From NCBI GenBank assembly GCA_048941285.1, contig JBHLNS010000039.1, positions 1 to 31,452 of the forward strand: a stretch of DNA of 31,452 nt. Reading direction: 5' to 3'. Below are positions 19,143-26,626 of the stretch, one piece after another. The position numbers and the translations under genes were made by a program. The stretch comes from Promethearchaeota archaeon. Lineage in GTDB: Archaea > Asgardarchaeota > Lokiarchaeia > Sigyniarchaeales > SOKP01. The first letter of the stretch is position 1; every line of letters starts with the position of its first letter. The notes under the pieces are model-generated. The model made no database searches, had not been told where the DNA came from, and saw only the letters and a program-made list of their open reading frames with translations.

Positions 19143-19562
19143 ATAGGAAGAAGAAGACATCGTCGATGGGTTAATCAACCTCCTAATAATTTCTATTTCA
19201 CAAGTGAAGCTCCGAGAACCGAAGATTCAATAATACTAACTCTTGCAGAATTTGAGGCTATGAGATTAAAGCATTTTTTAGGTTTAAATCAGAAAGAAGC
19301 TGCTGAAAGGATGGGTGTAAGCCAGCCAACATTTTCAAGGATTCTTGAAAGTGCCCATCAAAAAAACACTTTAGCTTTATTGGAAGGGAAACAAATTAAA
19401 ATACATGGGGGTAATTTTGATTATAAGTTAAGTTTTAAGGGTTATGGATGTTTAAATTGTAATCATGAGTGGGAAGACCCTAGCGCTTCTAAAGATCAAA
19501 AAGTTTATTGTGTTAAATGTAATTCAAATAATGTCTATTATATTGTTAGAGAACTCATATAA
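19143..19562 (+). CDS. DUF134 (UPF0251) HTH DNA-binding protein with C-terminal zinc ribbon; probable ATA start
   Basis: The in-frame upstream part reads GRRRHRRWVNQPPNNFYF...LTLAEFEAMRL, then NQKEAAERMGVSQPTFSRIL, CLNCNHEW and CVKC. The frame opens after TGA 19134. Confidence 0.85.
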   Translation: MGRRRHRRWVNQPPNNFYFTSEAPRTEDSIILTLAEFEAMRLKHFLGLNQKEAAERMGVSQPTFSRILESAHQKNTLALLEGKQIKIHGGNFDYKLSFKGYGCLNCNHEWEDPSASKDQKVYCVKCNSNNVYYIVRELI

Positions 19563-19598
19563 TATCTAAATCTATAATATTTAGTTTTAAAAAATTTT

Positions 19599-20549
19599 TC
19601 AAATTTGATGAAGATTATTCCATAAAATAGAATTAAGATTTTGATAAATTTCTTTAATAGATAAACTTGCCTTGGAGTGGGGGGCAAAATCTACAACTGG
19701 TACTGCAAAAGACATTGCTGTTGGAATAGATAAATCAAATGGAATATCTCCTAATTTTTTGTATCCGGTAGTTGTAATGAATTTTTTGAATTCTTTTTGG
19801 AATGGGCTTTTCAAATCAAACTTATTTACAATTAATCCAAATTTAATTCCAAAATGTTGAATAACTTCTAATACACGTATCAAATCATGTAATCCAGAAG
19901 GTGTAGGCTCAGTAATAGCAATAACATAATCCAAATTTGAAATGGTTGCAATAACTGGGCAACCAATTCCAGGGGGTCCGTCAATTAGAACTAAATTACG
20001 TTTATTAATTTGTTTTAAATTGTTTACATATTCTTTTACATCTGATACTAATTTTCCAGAGGTAGTACTACCTAATTGAGTTTTTCCATAAATTAAAGGA
20101 AACCCCATCATAGTTTTATATGAAATAATTTCCCCACTCTTTACAGGATGTATTTCAAAAGCATTTTCTGGGCATAAAACCTTACAAGCTCCACATCCCT
20201 CACATTTCAAAAAATCAATAGTAGGGATTGAATTGGGAGTGTCCCAATTTAAAGCATTAAATTCACAAAAGTGATCTTCAATGCATTGTTTACAATTAAT
20301 ACATTTCTCTTCTAAGAATTCTGCTTTTCTTGTAGTATATGTATCTTCTTTACTTATTAAAGATTTATCCTCAGGAGGAAGAATAACTGCTAGATTCGGA
20401 GCATCTACATCGCAATCCAATACAATAACTTGTACGTTTGAATCCTTTTTTGCAAGACTAGCCAATGATGCTGTTAATGAGGTTTTTCCTACACCTCCCT
20501 TCCCCGAAACAATTCCTATTTTTTTTATTTCCAAATTTAAACCCTTCAT
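19599..20549 (-). CDS. MinD-superfamily P-loop ATPase with inserted ferredoxin domain
   Basis: SGKGGVGKT, DCDVDAPN, CINCKQC, CEGCGACKVLCP, SGKLV, DGPPGIGCPV, EPTPSGLHD. Confidence 0.9.
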   Translation of the reverse strand: MKGLNLEIKKIGIVSGKGGVGKTSLTASLASLAKKDSNVQVIVLDCDVDAPNLAVILPPEDKSLISKEDTYTTRKAEFLEEKCINCKQCIEDHFCEFNALNWDTPNSIPTIDFLKCEGCGACKVLCPENAFEIHPVKSGEIISYKTMMGFPLIYGKTQLGSTTSGKLVSDVKEYVNNLKQINKRNLVLIDGPPGIGCPVIATISNLDYVIAITEPTPSGLHDLIRVLEVIQHFGIKFGLIVNKFDLKSPFQKEFKKFITTTGYKKLGDIPFDLSIPTAMSFAVPVVDFAPHSKASLSIKEIYQNLNSILWNNLHQI

Positions 20550-20556
20550 CTAATTA

Positions 20557-21480
20557 TTATTTAATTAGTTCTAACCATTTTTTCAATTTTTCATAAGTCT
20601 TTGTAAAAGCAATATAACCAGCACCATTTTTGTTAAATTTACTATTTTTATCCATAATTGGTGTCCCTTGACAATAGGATTCTACAATATCAGAATTTAA
20701 TGGAATATCACCCAAAATTTTTATGCTTTCTTTCTCTAATTCACTTAAAAATTGATCTCTGAATCCAAGTAAGGAGGATCTATTTACTATAACACGAGAT
20801 TCTTTACCCAATAAATTAATTAATTCCATTATCCTAAGTAAATCTAATTTTCCAAACTTAGTTGGTTCTGTTATAGGAATTACAATATCAGCATTAGCAA
20901 TCAAAAGTTCCACATCACAATGAGCACCTGGAGCAGTATCTATAATAATAATATCAAACCTTTCTTGTTCACTTTGAAGAATTTCTTCGAGTTTTTCAAT
21001 CAAGGCTTCTACAATTGCTGCTGAACGAGCTTCCGAAGGTTTTAGTTCTCCTAGAAAAAGTGAAATTCCATTTATCCTTGTTGAATAAGTCCATCCTATA
21101 GTTTTTGTATCTTCCTCAATTGCATTTTCTGGGCAAATTTTATAACATAACTTGCATCCAGAACATATAGTTAAGATTGGAATTGGAAACGCATCATTAA
21201 CATGTAGCAGAGCATTTGACAAACAATTTTGAGCACATAATCCGCATTTAGAGCACTTACTTTCAATAATTTTAGGTTTAAAAAATGGAACCTCCTTTTT
21301 ATTTTCAAGAATTCCACTTAATAATAAATATGTATTAGGATTTTCTACATCACCATCAATAAGTAGTACTTTTTTACCATCATTCTTGAACATGACAGCA
21401 AAATTTACAGCACATAAAGTCTTACCAGTTCCACCTTTTCCCCCTGTAATGCAGATTATTTTAGGGTTCTTGCTATTCAT
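20557..21480 (-). CDS. MinD-superfamily P-loop ATPase with inserted ferredoxin domain (partner paralog)
   Basis: GGKGGTGKT, DGDVENPN, CSKCGLCAQNC, CSGCKLCYKICP, DTAPGAHC, EPTKFG. Confidence 0.9.
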   Translation of the reverse strand: MNSKNPKIICITGGKGGTGKTLCAVNFAVMFKNDGKKVLLIDGDVENPNTYLLLSGILENKKEVPFFKPKIIESKCSKCGLCAQNCLSNALLHVNDAFPIPILTICSGCKLCYKICPENAIEEDTKTIGWTYSTRINGISLFLGELKPSEARSAAIVEALIEKLEEILQSEQERFDIIIIDTAPGAHCDVELLIANADIVIPITEPTKFGKLDLLRIMELINLLGKESRVIVNRSSLLGFRDQFLSELEKESIKILGDIPLNSDIVESYCQGTPIMDKNSKFNKNGAGYIAFTKTYEKLKKWLELIK

Positions 21481-21512
21481 AAGAAATTATTTTTTAATTA
21501 ATTTCTAGCATT

Positions 21513-21953
21513 TTAAAGATCGTTTCTGCGTCCCATCCCTTGACCACCACCCATTCCTTGTCTCCCTCCTCCCATTCCATAATGTGATGCAACATTTGAA
21601 GTATTTAATGTCTCTAAATTTCCTTCTAAATATAGATTCATAACTTCTTTTATTGTAATTGATTGATTTGGAGCTTGGTAAATATGGATATCTAAAGCTT
21701 TAAGTCCATCAGCGGCATTAGGCCCTAAAAAGCCTACTATTACTGCATTAGCTCCATTATTACCAATTATTTGTGTTGCCTGGACACCAGCACCTCCCAT
21801 CGTAGTCGATGCAGGATTTGGTACTGTTTTTACTGCCTTAATCTGTTTACCATCTACTTCAACGAATGTAAAACTAGCACATCTCCCAAAACGAGGGCTC
21901 ATTTGATCGTTTAAACCCCCATCACTCATTGAAGGAATTGCTATAATACTCAT
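21513..21953 (-). CDS. NifB/NifX family protein with Gly/Met/Arg-rich tail
   Basis: SPRFGRCASF, GGAGVQA, GPNA. ATG 21953 is preferred over the ORF-track TTG 21983. Confidence 0.85.
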   Translation of the reverse strand: MSIIAIPSMSDGGLNDQMSPRFGRCASFTFVEVDGKQIKAVKTVPNPASTTMGGAGVQATQIIGNNGANAVIVGFLGPNAADGLKALDIHIYQAPNQSITIKEVMNLYLEGNLETLNTSNVASHYGMGGGRQGMGGGQGMGRRNDL

Positions 21954-22000
21954 TTTTTTTAACCGTTTATTTAAAATATTCAATTCATAAGTTTTTAATT

Positions 22001-22020
22001 TAATGAATAATTATTCATTA
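22001..22020. promoter_or_regulatory. Palindromic operator TGAATA-N2-TATTCA (copy 3)
   Basis: Perfect 20-bp palindrome TAATGAATAATTATTCATTA between the divergent NifX-like and mrp genes. Confidence 0.7.
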
Positions 22021-22081
22021 TTAATATAACAAAATTTATACAATATATAAATTTAACCATTAAATTAAAATTAAGAGGTGC

Positions 22082-22963
22082 ATGGAAATTCAAGAAAAAG
22101 AAGAAGTTCCGGATATTGATTTGAAAAAAACAGTCGAACAAGGAAAGAAGGAACAGATGGATGAATTAACAGAAAATATTCATAAAAACATGGCTAAAAT
22201 TAAACATAAAATTGTAGTTATATCTGGTAAAGGAGGAGTAGGAAAAACTACAGTAGCAGTGAACCTGGCAATGAGTTTGGTAAGCGTTGGATTAAGAGTT
22301 GGAATCTTAGATGTGGATATCACAGGTCCAAATATACTTAAAATGTTGGGTATAAACCCAAATCTTAAACCCAGAGTAGATCCCGAAAAGAAAAGATTTT
22401 ATCCTGTTAATGGGCCCTTAAATCTTAAAACAATGAGTATGGCATTTCTAATTGAAAGTTCAGATTCACCAGTAATTTGGAGGGGCCCAATGAAAATGAG
22501 TGCAGTACGACAATTTTTGGGTGAAGCAATTTGGGGAGAATTAGATTATTTAATTTGTGATTTACCTCCAGGAACATCAGATGAAACTTTAGATATCTTA
22601 CAACTCATACCTGATGAGAATGTAATTGTAGTTTCAACTCCTCAAGAAGTTGCTTTAATGGATGCCCGAAAAACTATTCGAATGGCCCAAATAATGGAAA
22701 GAAATGTATTGGGTTTGATTGAGAACATGTCTGGGTTTAATTGTCCACACTGTGGAGAATATATTGACTTGTATCCTCCAGGAGGAGTTGAAAAGGCAGC
22801 GCAAGATTTTGATATCCAGCTTTTAGGTAAAATTCCTTTTGAAATAGAAGTAAGTCAGCAAGGAGATCAAGGAATGCCCTTTATATTGAAATATCCTGAG
22901 AGTAACTCAACTAAAGCTTTTAAAGATGCTGTTAAAAAAATTCGTGAAATACTGGAAAAATGA
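22082..22963 (+). CDS. mrp: Mrp/ApbC/NBP35 Fe-S cluster carrier ATPase
   Basis: SGKGGVGKTT, DVDITGPN, VIWRGP, WGELDYLICDLPPGTSD, ENMSGFNCPHC. Confidence 0.92.
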   Translation: MEIQEKEEVPDIDLKKTVEQGKKEQMDELTENIHKNMAKIKHKIVVISGKGGVGKTTVAVNLAMSLVSVGLRVGILDVDITGPNILKMLGINPNLKPRVDPEKKRFYPVNGPLNLKTMSMAFLIESSDSPVIWRGPMKMSAVRQFLGEAIWGELDYLICDLPPGTSDETLDILQLIPDENVIVVSTPQEVALMDARKTIRMAQIMERNVLGLIENMSGFNCPHCGEYIDLYPPGGVEKAAQDFDIQLLGKIPFEIEVSQQGDQGMPFILKYPESNSTKAFKDAVKKIREILEK

Positions 22964-23060
22964 ATAGTTCATCTAATTAAATTTTACAATTATCAGATTA
23001 ATATTAATTATTAAAAGTAAAATATTCTGGAGTAGTGTTCACAAAATACCACTAGACAAT

Positions 23061-23489
23061 ATGGATAAATGGGTGGAAGAACTACAGAAAGAAATTAATG
23101 AAGAAGAAATTAAAAGATATAATAGATATATCGTTGAATTATTTCAAAATCCAAAAAACTGGGGGAAGCTAGAAAATAGTCAGATAAGTGTAAGTCATGC
23201 TTATGAGGGATCTTGTGGTGATACAATGCAATTCTTTTTAAAAATTAAAGATAATGTAATTGAAAAAGCTAACTTTATTACTGATGGCTGTGGAGCTACA
23301 GTAGCAGCAGGAAGCCAAGCTACAATGATGATTGAAGGAAAATCATTGCAATATGTTGAGAATTTAAAATCAAAAGATCTTGATGAAAAATTAGGAGGTC
23401 TTCCAGATGATCATAAACATTGTGCAGAATTAGCAATTAGAACACTCCATAGAGCTGTTGAGAAATATAAATTTCAAAGCCAAAAGTAG
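23061..23489 (+). CDS. IscU/NifU-N-type Fe-S scaffold protein
   Basis: NPKNWG, GSCGD, DGCGA, GGLPDDHKHCAELA. Confidence 0.88.
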   Translation: MDKWVEELQKEINEEEIKRYNRYIVELFQNPKNWGKLENSQISVSHAYEGSCGDTMQFFLKIKDNVIEKANFITDGCGATVAAGSQATMMIEGKSLQYVENLKSKDLDEKLGGLPDDHKHCAELAIRTLHRAVEKYKFQSQK

Positions 23490-23509
23490 AAATTTCCAAT
23501 TAAAGCAAA

Positions 23510-24445
23510 ATGAAATATGTATATGGACCTGTACCTAGTAGGAGATTGGGTAATTCATTAGGGATTGATCCAATCCCTTTTAAAACATGTAATTATCAAT
23601 GCATATATTGTCAATTAGGGAAAACAAATAATTTTACTAATACTCGAGAGAATTTTTTCCCTAAAGATGAAATCATAGCTGAAATGGATAAAGCGATTGA
23701 ATTAAATAAGAACAGATTTGATTATTTAACATTTGTCGGTTCTGGTGAACCCACTTTATATAAAGATTTAAAGGATTTAATTCTACAAGCTAAAAAAATC
23801 TCAAAAAAACCTGTTTGCGTGATTACTAATGGAAGTTTACTTTACCAAAAAGAAGTTCAAGAAGCTTTAATATGTTCAGATATAGTATTACCAAGTTTAG
23901 ATGCTGGAGATGAAAAATCGTTTATTAAAATAAATCGACCTCATCCATCCATTCATTTTGAAAATCTTATCCAAGGATTTATAGATTTTAGAAAAAATTT
24001 CAAGGGAAAATTTTGGATAGAGGTGATGCTCATGAAAGGAATTAATGATTCTAAAGAAGAACTATTGAAAATTAAGAATAAAATCGATAAAATAAAACCA
24101 GATAGAATAGACATAAACGTTCCAATAAGACCGCCAGTAGAAAAATGGGTAGAAATTCCTGAGATAAATATATTTTCGATTTTAAATGAAATATTTAGTG
24201 ATTATTATAATATAGGTTTTCCTGAGCAAGGAAATTTTAAGATTCATTCATTAGATTTCGAAAAAGAGCTTCTATCGATACTTGAGAGACATCCAATGAG
24301 AGAAGATCAAATTTTGATTACATTTTCAGATTTTGGTTTAAATAAAGAAAAAATTATTACAAAACTAATGAAACTTAAATCCAAGCAAAAAATTAAGAAA
24401 ATCTTATATAATGAACAAATCTTTTGGAAATTAAACTCTGATTAA
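23510..24445 (+). CDS. Radical SAM protein (YGPVPSRRLG family)
   Basis: YGPVPSRRLGNSLG, CNYQCIYC, GSGEPTL, TNGSLL. Confidence 0.9.
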   Translation: MKYVYGPVPSRRLGNSLGIDPIPFKTCNYQCIYCQLGKTNNFTNTRENFFPKDEIIAEMDKAIELNKNRFDYLTFVGSGEPTLYKDLKDLILQAKKISKKPVCVITNGSLLYQKEVQEALICSDIVLPSLDAGDEKSFIKINRPHPSIHFENLIQGFIDFRKNFKGKFWIEVMLMKGINDSKEELLKIKNKIDKIKPDRIDINVPIRPPVEKWVEIPEINIFSILNEIFSDYYNIGFPEQGNFKIHSLDFEKELLSILERHPMREDQILITFSDFGLNKEKIITKLMKLKSKQKIKKILYNEQIFWKLNSD

Positions 24446-24822
24446 TATTCAAGAACTAGGTTTTCTAATGCACTTGATACTTCTGAATTTATATGATGCT
24501 CAATTTCACAAGATAATTTATGGATAAGATTCTTATTTTGTATCTTTAGAACGCGCACAAAGAAATTGTATAAGCAATTGTAGTTTTTAATAATACTTAG
24601 AGCAATTTCTTTTCCTCTTTTAGTTAATCTTAGGGATTTTCTAGGCTTCCAAGTTATTAATCCATTCTCTTTTAGATTGTATAACATATTAGTCACTGAC
24701 GAGGGTTGTACACTTAAAAAATTTGAAATTTCAGAATTTGAAGCCCAACCTCCCTTATTACTTTGTGAAATTAAATAAATTGCTTTAAGATAATCTTCAT
24801 AACTTTCATGAATCTCTGTCAT
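24442..24822 (-). CDS. DtxR/MntR family metal-dependent transcriptional regulator
   Basis: EDYLKAIY, VQPSSVTNML, LTKRG, SCEIEHHI. Confidence 0.88.
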   Translation of the reverse strand: MTEIHESYEDYLKAIYLISQSNKGGWASNSEISNFLSVQPSSVTNMLYNLKENGLITWKPRKSLRLTKRGKEIALSIIKNYNCLYNFFVRVLKIQNKNLIHKLSCEIEHHINSEVSSALENLVLEY

Positions 24823-24852
24823 GTTATCACTTAAAATTTAAAAAAAAGGGAT

Positions 24853-25233
24853 TTATTCTTTCTTTTCTAATTCTTTAATCCTTTTTGAGATATCCTCTAT
24901 CGCATTATTAATTCCATCTATTTCTGATTCTAGATATTGTTTCTCTTGTTTGAGCATATCTAATTGATCTTCTGAAGTGATTTTTGGAAAAAAACTGTAT
25001 GGATGTGGCTGATAAAATGGAGTGTAAATTGAACCTCTATAACCCCAACCTCGACCTCTTCCGTACCCAAAACCTCCGCCATAACCGATCCCCCAAACTC
25101 GCCCCCAACCTCTACCAAGGCCCATTCCTGGTCCTTTTGTATATCCTGGTGTATCATAACCAGCGCAATATCCCAAACCTCTACCAGTTCTAGATCCTAA
25201 ACCTCTAGGTCCAGTTCTATCTCCACCGGGCAT
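24853..25233 (-). CDS. DUF5320 family Gly/Arg-rich protein with C-terminal coiled coil
   Basis: MPGGDRTGPRGLGSRTGRGLGYCAG signature; GGTGA RBS upstream. Confidence 0.85.
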   Translation of the reverse strand: MPGGDRTGPRGLGSRTGRGLGYCAGYDTPGYTKGPGMGLGRGWGRVWGIGYGGGFGYGRGRGWGYRGSIYTPFYQPHPYSFFPKITSEDQLDMLKQEKQYLESEIDGINNAIEDISKRIKELEKKE

Positions 25234-25257
25234 ATTATTAATTCACCAAATTTTTTC

Positions 25258-25332
25258 TGAATATTTATTCATTATTATTTGCTATTATATTAATATTAAA
25301 CTACATATTTAAATATTATGAATATATATTCA
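25258..25332. promoter_or_regulatory. Two palindromic operators TGAATA-N2-TATTCA (copies 4 and 5)
   Basis: TGAATATTTATTCA at 25258-25271 and TGAATATATATTCA at 25319-25332, upstream of the DUF5320 gene. Confidence 0.65.
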
Positions 25333-25597
25333 AAATCCCCAATTGAAGCTTACCACAAAAAAATTTAAAAGTTCTTAATTCACACAGATGATTTTTTTGT
25401 AAGTTGCTTTGTTTTATTGATATTTTATAAGATTAAAATGGGAAATATTAATATTCTAATTCATAATATTAATTTTTTTTTCTGAAAGATAGATGTGAGA
25501 TTTATTAGTCTTAGATTCTCTTTATGAATAGTTTTAATTTATGAAAAAAATGTATAATCTTAAAATATAATTTTTAAAAATTAAGAGGTGATGAGTT

Positions 25598-25963
25598 ATT
25601 AGTGAAAAAGAAAAATATATTTTATATGTACAAACATCCCATGATCCAGAACGGCAATATTCACCATTAGTTCTAGCGCAAACAGCTAAAGCAATGGATA
25701 TCAAAGCAACAGTCTATTATTTAGGTACTGCGTTAAGAATCTTAAAACCTGGGGAAGCTGAAAGAATCAAACTTGGCGCTTTTCCAAGTGTAAAGGAAAT
25801 GATTGATAAAACACTAGCAATGGGTATCGAAATTCTTGTTTGTGAAGCTTCAAAAAGAATGTTGGGTTGGGAAAAAGTGGAATTAATCCCGGGAGTTAAA
25901 ATTGTGGGAGCAGCTACTTTAAATGATTTAGTGCTAGAAGCAGATGCAACTCAATGGTTCTAA
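25598..25963 (+). CDS. DsrE/DsrF-like sulfur relay / peroxiredoxin-like protein; probable ATT start
   Basis: The in-frame upstream part reads SEKEKYILYVQTSHDPERQYSPLVLAQTAKAMDIKATVYYLG...ILVCEAS...VGAATL. The frame opens after TGA 25592. Confidence 0.8.
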   Translation: MSEKEKYILYVQTSHDPERQYSPLVLAQTAKAMDIKATVYYLGTALRILKPGEAERIKLGAFPSVKEMIDKTLAMGIEILVCEASKRMLGWEKVELIPGVKIVGAATLNDLVLEADATQWF

Positions 25964-26165
25964 AGTTAAAGCTCTTAAAATATGATATGAGAGAATGAAT
26001 TTAAAATGATTCTAGTTAAAAACTTCAAATAAATACTAAATTTAATCCTAAACAAAATTTTCTATTAAATCTTAATGAATTCTAAAGAAAAAGTTGCATT
26101 AAAATATTAAACTTTTGAATTTTAGATTCAGATGTTAATGTAATTATTAAAAATCTATTACTACT

Positions 26166-26204
26166 TTAGATTAGGCAATTTATATTTTGGTAAGCCTAAA
26201 TTTA
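26166..26204 (+). promoter_or_regulatory. Putative DtxR-family iron box upstream of feoA
   Basis: TTTGGTAAGCCTAAATTTA (26186-26204) matches 14 of 19 positions of the DtxR consensus TTAGGTTAGCCTAACCTAA; also an inverted repeat TTAGGC...GCCTAA. Confidence 0.5.
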
Positions 26205-26228
26205 AATATGATATAAAATTATTATTAA

Positions 26229-26558
26229 ATGAAAAAGCTAACTTTCAAGGTGAAAGGAATAATAAAATCTAGACCTGAGGAAACGGTTGAGAAAAAAAAA
26301 CTAGAAGCATCACTAATCAAATGTTTAACTGAATGTAATAAAGGTGAAATTGTAACAGTAGTAAATGTAAATGCTGGCTATAAAGCAAAGATGCGTCTAG
26401 CAAATTTAGGCATTGTACCAGGTGTAGAAATAAAAAAAAAGAAATCTGCCCCATTAAAAGGGCCAATCGAAATTCTTGTAAAAGGTTCATCCTTAGTGAT
26501 TGGAAGAGGGATAGCAACAAAAATTATTGTTAGATGCAATAAGGAATGTGAATTATAA
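26229..26558 (+). CDS. feoA: Ferrous iron transport protein A
   Basis: RLANLGIVPG...APLKGPIEILVKGSSLVIGRGIA; directly upstream of feoB. Confidence 0.9.
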   Translation: MKKLTFKVKGIIKSRPEETVEKKKLEASLIKCLTECNKGEIVTVVNVNAGYKAKMRLANLGIVPGVEIKKKKSAPLKGPIEILVKGSSLVIGRGIATKIIVRCNKECEL

Positions 26559-26626
26559 TCTCTTTAAGATCAACTTTTATTTTTTATTCAGTAGTAAAAA
26601 TATTGGAATAATATTGAAATTAAATT

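Noticed and set aside
16969-21953. Nitrogen fixation inferred from NifX/NifB-like genes
   Set aside because: No nifH/D/K in the window; this family is common in non-diazotrophic anaerobes.
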